A program made the translations under genes and the position numbers. Below are positions 37,061-45,503 of a DNA stretch of 64,000 bases, in pieces. The notes below the pieces were generated by a model. The model was not told where the DNA came from. It ran no database searches and saw only the letters and a program-made list of their open reading frames with translations. Origin of the DNA: a virus; IMG/VR virus record IMGVR_UViG_3300032235_000792; one strand, given 5' to 3'. The first letter of the stretch is position 1. Each line of letters opens with the position of its first letter.

Positions 37061-38566
37061 ATGCCACTTAAAGAAGGCTCTAGCAAAGAAACTATTTCAG
37101 AAAATATTAGTACTGAAATTAAGGCTGGTAAACCTAAAGATCAAGCTGTAGCTATCGCTTATTCTAAAGCTGGAAAATCTTTAAAAAAAGATGAATTAGC
37201 TGGTGGTTTAGCCGATGATAAGACTGCTAAAGATTTTGATAAGAAAAAACTTAAACAAGGTTCTAAGGTAGAAAGAGAACATACTAGCGACAAGAAAATA
37301 GCTAGAGAAATAGCTATGGACCATCTTGCAGAAGATAAAAACTATTATAAGAAGTTAAAACAAATAGAAAAATCCGATAAATCATATAAGACTGGTGACA
37401 GGGTTGTGCATCCTAAATTTGGACCAGGCACTGTAGCTAGACCCGGATCTGAGGGCAATCATAAAGTTAATTTCGATAACGACTACGGTAAGAACGTAGG
37501 CCTTAGAGACGTGCATCAATCGGAATTCGGGATCCCAAATCAAATTAAACCAACTCAAAAACCAATGAGCAAAAAAGAAAAAATTCGTATAGATAAAGAA
37601 CCTGATGGTAAGCAAGAGATTGATTACGGAAAAGAAGAGTTAGATAAATTTGGAGCAAGAGCTGCTCAATCTAATTATCAAGATGCACAGCAAGACTATG
37701 ATGTGGCATTGCACAATTTAAAGAGCAAGTGGAAAAATCTTAAAAAAGCAATAGCTGACGACGCCTTTTTAAGCATAGGCGGCGAGGACGATTCTGAGCA
37801 AGATCAACAGCCTCAAGACATACAGCAACTACAAGATCAACAGCCTCAAGACATACAGCAACTACAAGAGCAACCACAAGAGCAACCACAAGAGCAACCA
37901 CAAGAGCAACCACAAGAGCAACCACAAGATATGCAAGATCAGCCACAAGATCAAGAAGCTTCACCAGAGGAACTGGCCGAAGCGCTACAGCACTTGGGCT
38001 ACTCTAGCACAGAGATTTCATATATACTTCACGGTCACCACTTCCCAGATGTGGACGAGGTAGGCAACGAAAAGGCAAAATCTGAGAAAGCGAAACGAGA
38101 AGGCGAGCTATCTTTGCAACAACTAGAGATGCAAATTAAACAAGGCGAACATTCATTAAGAAGTGGACACGCAGACAAATTAAATAGTCTAGATGCAGAT
38201 CATAAAAAGCAAATGTTAGAGCTAGAAAGAGAACATGCTAAAAAAATGAAAGAGCTTGAGTATGAGAAAGCAAAAAGATTAGCTGATGCCGAAGACGAAA
38301 CTGAGCATAAAAGAAAACTTCGAGATGTAGAATATGAGAAGGCTAAAAAAGATATACCCGGTGATAGATTTGATGATACTGAACACAGAAAAAGAATGAT
38401 GGATCTTGAGTATGAGAAAGCTAAAAAAGAAATGATGCTAGATCTTGAAATAAAAAAGCAGCAAGCCGAACTTAAAATGAAGCAGATAGAGATGGATGCT
38501 AAGTCTAGAATTCAAGATAAGAAAAAAGAAAAGCAAATAAAAGGGGCACACTTAAATGAAAAGTAA
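37061..38566 (+). CDS. Multi-module head-associated protein (MPLK module, DUF5661-like, Tudor-like, QPQE repeat, coiled coil)
   Basis: MPLKEGSS..ISENI..QAVAIA; G.KVEREH..A.EIAMDHLAE...YYKKL; GDRVVHPKFGPGTV. Confidence 0.75.
   Translation: MPLKEGSSKETISENISTEIKAGKPKDQAVAIAYSKAGKSLKKDELAGGLADDKTAKDFDKKKLKQGSKVEREHTSDKKIAREIAMDHLAEDKNYYKKLKQIEKSDKSYKTGDRVVHPKFGPGTVARPGSEGNHKVNFDNDYGKNVGLRDVHQSEFGIPNQIKPTQKPMSKKEKIRIDKEPDGKQEIDYGKEELDKFGARAAQSNYQDAQQDYDVALHNLKSKWKNLKKAIADDAFLSIGGEDDSEQDQQPQDIQQLQDQQPQDIQQLQEQPQEQPQEQPQEQPQEQPQDMQDQPQDQEASPEELAEALQHLGYSSTEISYILHGHHFPDVDEVGNEKAKSEKAKREGELSLQQLEMQIKQGEHSLRSGHADKLNSLDADHKKQMLELEREHAKKMKELEYEKAKRLADAEDETEHKRKLRDVEYEKAKKDIPGDRFDDTEHRKRMMDLEYEKAKKEMMLDLEIKKQQAELKMKQIEMDAKSRIQDKKKEKQIKGAHLNEK
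37799..37924 (+). repeat. Intragenic tandem repeats: 33 bp x2, then 12 bp x5
   Basis: CAAGATCAACAGCCTCAAGACATACAGCAACTA x2; CAAGAGCAACCA x5. Confidence 0.92.
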
Positions 38567-39035
38567 AAAAATAGAAATCGCTCCTAAAAAATCTAAAAAT
38601 AGAAAAACTTATTTAGAAAATTTTGAAAAATCAGATGTTCAGGTTGAAATATTTGACAATAAAGATATAGATCTATTGATTGGCGAAGATATCTCAAGTG
38701 AAACCGAAGACGTATTAGTTAAATCTATATTAGATAGAGGCTACGAAGAAATTAAAACAGCTAGACAAGAAATGATTGATTTTTTAGAAAAGTCAGGCAA
38801 AAAATGGTCACCTAAAGCTAAACACAAATCTGACAAAGGTGGGCTAACAGCAGCAGGAAGAGCGTCTTACAATAAGGCAACTGGTGGAAATCTAAAGGCT
38901 CCTCAGCCTGGTGGAGGACCGCGCAAACGAAGTTTTTGTGCTAGAAATGCCGGACAAATAAAAATGCACAACATAAACTGCAAAAAGGATCCGGATAAGC
39001 GTGCTTGCAAAGCAAGACGTAGATGGAAGTGCTAG
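38556..39035 (+). CDS. Hypothetical with C-terminal basic DUF6321-like module
   Basis: KGGLTAAGRASYNKATGGNLKAP..RKRSFCAR..ARRRWKC after LEK-S. Confidence 0.7.
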   Translation: MKSKKIEIAPKKSKNRKTYLENFEKSDVQVEIFDNKDIDLLIGEDISSETEDVLVKSILDRGYEEIKTARQEMIDFLEKSGKKWSPKAKHKSDKGGLTAAGRASYNKATGGNLKAPQPGGGPRKRSFCARNAGQIKMHNINCKKDPDKRACKARRRWKC

Positions 39036-39036
39036 T

Positions 39037-39333
39037 ATGAGCAAACAATGGCCAGATTGGAGCAAGGAAGAGAACGATCTAAAGAAGAGCGCTCGTGTCA
39101 AACTGCAAGCAACTGATGAAGAACTTTTTGGACATCTAGTTAGAACCGAAGAACAGATTAAAAAAGCAGAAACTGAATACGAAAATAAATTAAATAAGTG
39201 GTATGCAGAAGCTAACAAAAATATTGACAACCAAGAGATCGAATGGGGCGAAGGTAAGTCATTTAATAGCACACTTACGGAGCAAGAGCGTTTAAAAAGA
39301 AATATGCATTTAGGCGAAGATACCGATATTTAA
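39037..39333 (+). CDS. Hypothetical protein
   Basis: MSKQWPDW start 1 nt after upstream stop; LKK-S and IKK-A sites. Confidence 0.65.
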   Translation: MSKQWPDWSKEENDLKKSARVKLQATDEELFGHLVRTEEQIKKAETEYENKLNKWYAEANKNIDNQEIEWGEGKSFNSTLTEQERLKRNMHLGEDTDI

Positions 39334-39391
39334 TCGTATCGGAATACAAAATAAAATTCTCTAGCACGGGTTAGAGTCTTACGGAGCGGAT

Positions 39392-42028
39392 ATGGCAAAT
39401 TTCAACCTACCTCAAATTACTGAGAAGAGATACTTTTCTCAGCAACCACAACTACTAACATTAAATGGAGATACTGACGGTTTAATTACTGTAGCATCTA
39501 CTTATCGTATAAAGGTTGGTCAGTTGCTAGTATTTAAGTCTAATCTGACTGCTACTAAAATAGTAAAAGTTCAAAGAGTTATATCTGAAACTCAATTTGT
39601 TGTCATTGATGTTAAAGAGTCAATAACGACAAAAAATAAACTAGATATGTCGATGTTTCTTACTGCTGACACTGCTACAGTTGAAATGAGTGAGGATAGA
39701 AGGCCGGTAATTGATCTTTTAGAAATACAGAGACAGGTTTATGAAGAAGAGCCAACTGTTGCTCTACGTTCACATTTAGTTGATTGGTTAGGTCGAAGCT
39801 ACGATAAGTCTAACCCTATCCCTGTTGAGTTGTCAGATGGATCTATCTCTATAGGAACCGTTAATGCTGAACTAGAAGTTCAATTATCACACCAAGACAA
39901 CGTGCCTGATATAGGCGATGTACATGATTCTGTACGTATAGGCGATGGCACACACACATTAGAGATAAACTCAGATGGCTCAATAAATATAACTGACAAC
40001 GGTGGATCGCTGACAGTAGACGGTACTGTAAACATAGGCAATTTTCCAGCAACGCAGAATGTTGCCATAGTGTCGTCTGTTGAATTAGAAATTAAGAACG
40101 ATAGCGGAAATCCAGTTCCCGTAAATGGTACAGTAACTGCAAATCAAGGAACTTCACCTTGGGTTGTCAGCGGTTCAGTTAATGCTAGTCAGTCGGGGAC
40201 GTGGACTGTTGCAGTTAGCTCTATTCCAGAAGTTGAAATTAAGAATGACAGCGGAAATCCAGTGCCAGTAAATGGCACGGTTAGTGCAAATCAATCAGGA
40301 ACGTGGAACATAAACAACGTAACTGGAACAGTTAGTTTGCCTACAGGGGCATCAACGTCAGCACTTCAGACAACTGGAAATACATCTCTAGCCTCCATAG
40401 ATACAAAGACACCAACACTTGGTCAAAAGACCATGGCAGCCTCTTCACCTGTAGTTATAGCATCAAATCAGAGCGCAATACCTATAACTGATAATGGCGG
40501 ATCACTTACAGTGGATGGTACAATAGCCGCAACGCAATCAGGTGCGTGGTCTGTAAGCGTCACGTCTATTCCTGAAGTGGAAATTAAGAACGATAGCGGA
40601 AATCCAGTTCCCGTAAATGGTACAGTAACTGCAAATCAAGGAACTTCACCTTGGGTTGTCAGCGGCGCGGTAACAGCCAATCAAGGGACTAATCCTTGGA
40701 CAGTCAATGGTGACGTCAATGCTACTATAACTGGAACGCTGCCTGGAATAAACCCAGATGCCTTTGGAAGAACTAGAGTTAGTGAACCTTTTACCTTAGG
40801 CGATTATAAACATATCTACGCACTTGACCCTAATTTTACAGACAGAACAGCGAATGGTGGTATAGTAAACTATAATCAGAATAAAGCTTGCGCTATCTTA
40901 ACTACCAGTAGTGATCCTGCATCAATTGCTACACATCAAACTAAATTTTATCACCACTACCAGCCTGGAAAAAGTCAACTCATATTAACTTCAATTTGTT
41001 TTGGGTACGCTCAGCAGAATGTCACTAAGCGAACTGGCTACTACGACGATCGTGATGGAATATACTTTGAACAAGTCGGCGACGACATAGCAGATGGTAC
41101 AGCTAACGGTGAACTTAACTGGGTAATAAGATCTTACACTGATGGCTCAGTATCTGAGTCAAGTATCGGCTCGTACATAAGAAGAGTTCCTCGCAGTCAG
41201 TGGAATATAGACAAATGTGATGGTACAGGTGCATCTGGTTTTGATATAGATACATCGAAAACACAACTAGTATGGATAGATTTTCAATGGCTTGGCGTTG
41301 GTAGAGTTCGTTGTGGATTTGTTCACAATGGTAGTTTTATAACGGCACACGAATATTATCATTCTAATGTCATATCTGAAGTGTACATTAGTAATCCTAA
41401 CTTGCCAGTAAGATGTGAGATATTAAATACTGGAATTACAGCTGGCGGATCTATGGATCAGGTGTGCTCTACTGTCACTAGTGAGGGTGGATACGTAGAG
41501 AGTGGTATAGACTTTGCAGTTACAAGTACTAAAAGAACAACACCATCACAGGGTCAGACAAGATTTCCATTGATGGCTATAAGATTAAAAAACTCATTCA
41601 ACGGGTATCCTAATCGTTTAAGTGTAAGACCTAATCAACTTTCAATATATTGCACTGATAACAGTATTATGTATGAAGTAGTTAAATTACCATCGGCATC
41701 TAGTATGTCAACCACATTAAATGGTGGTACTCTAACTTGGACATCTGCAGATGCTTCAAGCGGTGTTGAATATTGTATTAACGCCACTGATTTTATTAGT
41801 GCAAGCGCAGATCGCTTTGCATCTGGGTTTGTTTCATCCGGTTCAAGTCAAAATAGCTTATCATCAGCCTCATCTGGTGCCTTAACTGCCTCTAAGAAAA
41901 ATATCATATCTCAGAATATAGAGAGCACAGATTCAGAAATTTATTTAGTAGTAGTGAGCACAGTAGAGCCTGGAAATAATGTGACTGCAGGTGTTGTATG
42001 CGGGCTGCAATGGCGAGAGGTATACTAG
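39392..42028 (+). CDS. Fibre/spike-like structural protein with beta-repeat shaft and C-terminal globular domain
   Basis: Repeats EIKNDSGNPVPVNGTV, ITDNGGSLTVDGT, ANQGTSPW; DAFGRTRVSEP, YQPGKSQ, DFQWLGVGRVRCGF. Confidence 0.75.
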   Translation: MANFNLPQITEKRYFSQQPQLLTLNGDTDGLITVASTYRIKVGQLLVFKSNLTATKIVKVQRVISETQFVVIDVKESITTKNKLDMSMFLTADTATVEMSEDRRPVIDLLEIQRQVYEEEPTVALRSHLVDWLGRSYDKSNPIPVELSDGSISIGTVNAELEVQLSHQDNVPDIGDVHDSVRIGDGTHTLEINSDGSINITDNGGSLTVDGTVNIGNFPATQNVAIVSSVELEIKNDSGNPVPVNGTVTANQGTSPWVVSGSVNASQSGTWTVAVSSIPEVEIKNDSGNPVPVNGTVSANQSGTWNINNVTGTVSLPTGASTSALQTTGNTSLASIDTKTPTLGQKTMAASSPVVIASNQSAIPITDNGGSLTVDGTIAATQSGAWSVSVTSIPEVEIKNDSGNPVPVNGTVTANQGTSPWVVSGAVTANQGTNPWTVNGDVNATITGTLPGINPDAFGRTRVSEPFTLGDYKHIYALDPNFTDRTANGGIVNYNQNKACAILTTSSDPASIATHQTKFYHHYQPGKSQLILTSICFGYAQQNVTKRTGYYDDRDGIYFEQVGDDIADGTANGELNWVIRSYTDGSVSESSIGSYIRRVPRSQWNIDKCDGTGASGFDIDTSKTQLVWIDFQWLGVGRVRCGFVHNGSFITAHEYYHSNVISEVYISNPNLPVRCEILNTGITAGGSMDQVCSTVTSEGGYVESGIDFAVTSTKRTTPSQGQTRFPLMAIRLKNSFNGYPNRLSVRPNQLSIYCTDNSIMYEVVKLPSASSMSTTLNGGTLTWTSADASSGVEYCINATDFISASADRFASGFVSSGSSQNSLSSASSGALTASKKNIISQNIESTDSEIYLVVVSTVEPGNNVTAGVVCGLQWREVY
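40088..40665 (+). repeat. Exact 86-bp direct repeat (40088-40173 and 40580-40665)
   Basis: GAAATTAAGAACGATAGCGG...GGGTTGTCAGCGG identical in both copies. Confidence 0.9.
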
Positions 42029-42195
42029 GGTGATTCTGACTCTATAAGATTTTTTAACTCAAGCATTACTAGAGAAAGTGTATCTATTTCTGAGTCTATT
42101 TTGCGTAAACTATTGATAGTGTGTTCGCGCTTATCTATAAGATCGCCTACAATTCTTGATAGCTCTTCTATTCTTGAAATTATCTTTTGCTCCAT
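42025..42195 (-). CDS. Small antisense-oriented coiled-coil protein (56 aa)
   Basis: MEQKIISRIEELSRIVGDL...ESP; GAGGT SD; own AGTATAAT on - strand. Confidence 0.65.
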   Translation of the reverse strand: MEQKIISRIEELSRIVGDLIDKREHTINSLRKIDSEIDTLSLVMLELKNLIESESP

Positions 42196-42211
42196 TTTAA
42201 CCTCATTTTAT

Positions 42212-42225
42212 GATATAATTATACT
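42212..42225. promoter_or_regulatory. Overlapping divergent -10 elements
   Basis: Palindrome TATAATTATA (42214-42223): GATATAAT on +, AGTATAAT on -. Confidence 0.55.
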
Positions 42226-42270
42226 TAGTTATTAACTATGCTTTATTGCTAAGTTTCACATGAGGTTCGT

Positions 42271-42633
42271 GTGCGTGACAAGATAGATCTTATTCATGAA
42301 ATAGTAAAGTCTGAGAAAGATGAGTCTTCTGAGTTCAGAAGAGAAGTCAGAGAGGCTCAACGTAAGATAGAAGAAAAACTTACTAAAATCGAAATAGAGA
42401 CAAATGATCGTCTTTCAAAGATTGATGCCTTAGATCAAATTCAAAATCAGCAGCTTGCAGAACATATTCGTCGTACAGAAATACTTGAAGATCTTCATAA
42501 AGATAATGAGACTAGAATAGAGCAGCTTGAAAAGCCGGTTCATGCGGTATCAATGATAGGAACCGCTGTAGGTTGGTTAAGCGCTGCAACTGGTGCAATA
42601 TACGGTATACTTAAATTTTTTAAATTATTGTAG
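42271..42633 (+). CDS. Coiled-coil protein with C-terminal TM (holin/XhlA-like)
   Basis: GTG start after GAGGT; LAEHIRRTEILE..RIEQLE then hydrophobic tail. Confidence 0.55.
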   Translation: MRDKIDLIHEIVKSEKDESSEFRREVREAQRKIEEKLTKIEIETNDRLSKIDALDQIQNQQLAEHIRRTEILEDLHKDNETRIEQLEKPVHAVSMIGTAVGWLSAATGAIYGILKFFKLL

Positions 42634-42641
42634 GTGCAAAT

Positions 42642-43439
42642 ATGCCGATTTTAACTAAAAACGAAACACCAACTAAAGGCCAAAAGGCTGAATTTCAACT
42701 AGATAAGGCTGCTTTAGCTGCTTTATCATCAGTTTCATCTGATATTTATTTTTCAGATATGACTAATTGGAACCAAGTTGAACTAGTCTACGTCTCCCCT
42801 GTTGGCAGACAACGTAAAGTTGTAAAGTTTGACGCAACACAAGCTACGCCTGTAGGTGTTTTTTTTGCATCTTTAAAAGCAAAAAATGACTTTCAAATTC
42901 AATATATTATGATAAATGATTTTGATGGTGGAGAGTTTAAGATAAATAGATCTGAACTAACAGTAGCTGAATTTGATATAGAAATGGGAGAAACGCCTGT
43001 TTCTACAGAAGTAAGACCTACTTCAGTAGTTAATTTTTACGGATTAAATGTTGTTGGAAATTTAGCCGATGGAAGTACGTCTAGCGATCCGTTAAACTAC
43101 GCTTCAGCAGGAGCCCACGCAGAAGCTAAACTTGATCTTGGGCAAACAAAAACAATTAACAAAGTTAGTATCAGCTTAGGCGCTTTAACACCTACGTCTG
43201 ATGGAATGGAGTGGCTTCCTGCTCAGATTAGCATTTATAAAGGGCAGTATGGATCAACCTTTATAAAAAGTTTTACTATACCTTTTTATGATAGAGCTTA
43301 CTTTACAGCCAATGTTTTAAAAGATTTTGTTTTGGATGCTCCGGAAACAGAGAGGTATTTTGTTATACATTTTGACGGATGGGCAGATCAGTCTCAAGGA
43401 ACTAGTGTTAAAATAACTGAGATCACTACTTTTGAGTAG
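42642..43439 (+). CDS. Virion appendage protein: shared N-terminal domain plus discoidin/F5-8-like domain
   Basis: N-terminus paralogous to 44179 gene; LADG..., LDLGQTKTINKV, RYFVIHF, KITEI. Confidence 0.6.
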   Translation: MPILTKNETPTKGQKAEFQLDKAALAALSSVSSDIYFSDMTNWNQVELVYVSPVGRQRKVVKFDATQATPVGVFFASLKAKNDFQIQYIMINDFDGGEFKINRSELTVAEFDIEMGETPVSTEVRPTSVVNFYGLNVVGNLADGSTSSDPLNYASAGAHAEAKLDLGQTKTINKVSISLGALTPTSDGMEWLPAQISIYKGQYGSTFIKSFTIPFYDRAYFTANVLKDFVLDAPETERYFVIHFDGWADQSQGTSVKITEITTFE

Positions 43440-43505
43440 ATCTATAATTTAATTTATTAATGTTGTGACACTGCTATTGCAGTGACTTATCGAAAGGAGA
43501 ATGAT

Positions 43506-43967
43506 ATGGCGCAACACAAGCAGAGTTTAGAGAAAGTAATACAAACATCTATGAGGCACAAAAGGGCTGGAACTGAGGTTTCTACTGCTATTTTAGCAAT
43601 AGAGGCAATGGTTTTAACCTCTATATCTCAAAATGAAATAGTAGAGAATTCTGACAAAAAAGCTTTAGGTAGATGCAGAGCGGCTTTAAAGCATAAATCA
43701 TATGGTAAAAGATTAGCCGATGCCATATCTACTTTAGACGCAATAATTGAAGCAGATGGGCTTTCTATAACAGCTGAAGATAAATCACTTAGAGCTCAAC
43801 ATAAGCAAGGCTTAAGAAAAGTTTGTCAGAGTTGTTTAGCTTCAAAATCTTTAGGTACAACTATATCTGATATGGTAGATAAAGCTGAAAAAGCAATAGT
43901 TGAACTAATAGCTATGTATCCTGCAGACGCGGATCTTGTTGCTATAAAACAAATACTTGAATCTTAA
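43506..43967 (+). CDS. Hypothetical protein with three helical repeats
   Basis: AAGGAG SD; AQHKQ occurs twice; (H/S)K..G..(I/L/V) repeated. Confidence 0.7.
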   Translation: MAQHKQSLEKVIQTSMRHKRAGTEVSTAILAIEAMVLTSISQNEIVENSDKKALGRCRAALKHKSYGKRLADAISTLDAIIEADGLSITAEDKSLRAQHKQGLRKVCQSCLASKSLGTTISDMVDKAEKAIVELIAMYPADADLVAIKQILES

Positions 43968-43995
43968 GGTTTACGTGGGTTTAAAGTTTTTTAAA

Positions 43996-44169
43996 ATGAA
44001 TATTTTATTACAGGAGTTGCTAAATGGCAAGAAAAAAGAAACAACCACAGAAACCAAAGTCGAAGATGGAGATGTTTCTGGAAAAGCTGAAACAGGCTGT
44101 CCAGAAATTGCTATCAATGATACCGTGGAAAAAGTAGTAAAGAGAAAAAAAATAATAAGAAAAAAATAA
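43996..44169 (+). CDS. Small hypothetical protein (alternative or additional to 44024 ORF)
   Basis: Open frame ending 9 nt before next gene; no clear SD. Confidence 0.35.
   Translation: MNILLQELLNGKKKETTTETKVEDGDVSGKAETGCPEIAINDTVEKVVKRKKIIRKK
44024..44137 (+). CDS. Cationic amphipathic peptide (37 aa)
   Basis: AGGAG SD 7 nt before ATG; MARKKKQPQKPKSKMEMFLEKLKQAVQKLLSMIPWKK. Confidence 0.55.
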   Translation: MARKKKQPQKPKSKMEMFLEKLKQAVQKLLSMIPWKK

Positions 44170-44178
44170 GAGACACAT

Positions 44179-44598
44179 ATGGCTATTCTGATAAAACCCG
44201 CAAAGATTGATAGAGACTTGTTGACTGAGTTTACCTTAAACAAACAAGAACTTGCCGAACTTGCAGTAGTATCAGAAGATTCTTTTTTCAATGATATTGA
44301 CAATTGGAAAAGTGTCTCTATTTTTTACAGAAGCGATATTGGTAGTCAAAATTCTATAGTAAAATTCGATGCTACAAAGAGTGAACCTAAATCAAATTTC
44401 TTAGCTACATTTAATGCAAGAGATGCTTTTGAAGTTACTAAGATTACAATAGAAGATTTTGACGGCGGTAAATTAGAAATTTACAGTCAAAATTTGCCGC
44501 TAGAGCAGCTTAATGTAACTCTCCCAGAATATATGTTTCACGAAGATGATGACGCTATCATGCTAGAGGATGGCGATAAATTATTAACTAACCTATAG
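44179..44598 (+). CDS. Virion appendage adaptor, paralog of 42642 N-terminal domain
   Basis: Shared EF.L.K..LA.L..VS.D..F.D..NW, VKFDAT, DFDGG; ends HEDDDAIMLEDGDKLL. Confidence 0.7.
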   Translation: MAILIKPAKIDRDLLTEFTLNKQELAELAVVSEDSFFNDIDNWKSVSIFYRSDIGSQNSIVKFDATKSEPKSNFLATFNARDAFEVTKITIEDFDGGKLEIYSQNLPLEQLNVTLPEYMFHEDDDAIMLEDGDKLLTNL

Positions 44599-44605
44599 GA
44601 AGCTT

Positions 44606-45502
44606 ATGCCTAAGAAAATATCAGATTTAACAGAAAAAATGTTGCTAGAAGGACAGGAACTCTTCTTAATCTCTGATCCTCAAGGTGGATCGATGTCTAT
44701 TAGTGGAGATATAGTTCTATCTCCGGCTTATGAATATACGGATCAAAAAGTTTCTGATATTGTAAATTCTGCACCAGCTATTTTGGACACACTAAAAGAG
44801 CTATCAGACTCTTTAAATGGCGATGCTAATTTCGCGGCAACTGTTGCTCAACAAATTGGCGATGTTGACGATAGAGTAGATCAAGAAATTCTAGACAGAA
44901 CTGCTGGAGATTCTTCTACGCTTACAGCTGCGACTAACCCTATTGCAGTAGGTAGTAGACTAAACGAGCTTACTCCTGCTACTAATATAGCTAACTCTGA
45001 CTTATTTTTAGCTAAAACCTCAACTGGTGTAGTATCTGTGAGTGGTCAAACTCTTATAGAGAAAGCAACTAATCCACAAAATATAGGCACAGGAACTGGT
45101 GTGTTTTCTGCTAAAAGTGGTGCTGATATAAATTTTAAAACACTAAAATCAGAAAAGCAAATACAGTTAACATCTGATGCAGACTCTATTACAATTAAAA
45201 ATGTAACTGAATCTAGTAAGTCTGTTTCTGCTTTAAATATTGATTGGAGTGCTGGATTTGTTTTTTATAAGACAGTGGCCGTTAGTTCTACTTTTACTTT
45301 TTCAAACGTAGAAGATGGCAAAGTTATATCTTTAATAATAGCTAACAACGGCGCATCAACAATAACAATAACTCTTCCTAGTCCAATATTTGCAGCATCA
45401 AGAACATTTACGATATTAGCAGGTAAGACAACTGTCTGTACTTTTGTTAGTGCAAACTCTAACGTATATGCAGCAACTTTGCCAAATATAGGTTCGGTGT
45501 AG
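44606..45502 (+). CDS. Tail-fibre-like protein
   Basis: KISDL start, APAILDTLKELSDSLNGDANFAATV, NIGTGTGVF..K.G..INFKTL, IDWSAG. Confidence 0.75.
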   Translation: MPKKISDLTEKMLLEGQELFLISDPQGGSMSISGDIVLSPAYEYTDQKVSDIVNSAPAILDTLKELSDSLNGDANFAATVAQQIGDVDDRVDQEILDRTAGDSSTLTAATNPIAVGSRLNELTPATNIANSDLFLAKTSTGVVSVSGQTLIEKATNPQNIGTGTGVFSAKSGADINFKTLKSEKQIQLTSDADSITIKNVTESSKSVSALNIDWSAGFVFYKTVAVSSTFTFSNVEDGKVISLIIANNGASTITITLPSPIFAASRTFTILAGKTTVCTFVSANSNVYAATLPNIGSV

Positions 45503-45503
45503 C

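Noticed and set aside
37799-37924. Possible CRISPR or mini-array
   Set aside because: Units are contiguous, multiples of 3, have no spacers and encode a Q/P/E linker
40088-40665. DGR template/variable repeat pair
   Set aside because: Copies are identical with no adenine-specific mismatches, both are inside one CDS, and no reverse transcriptase is in the window
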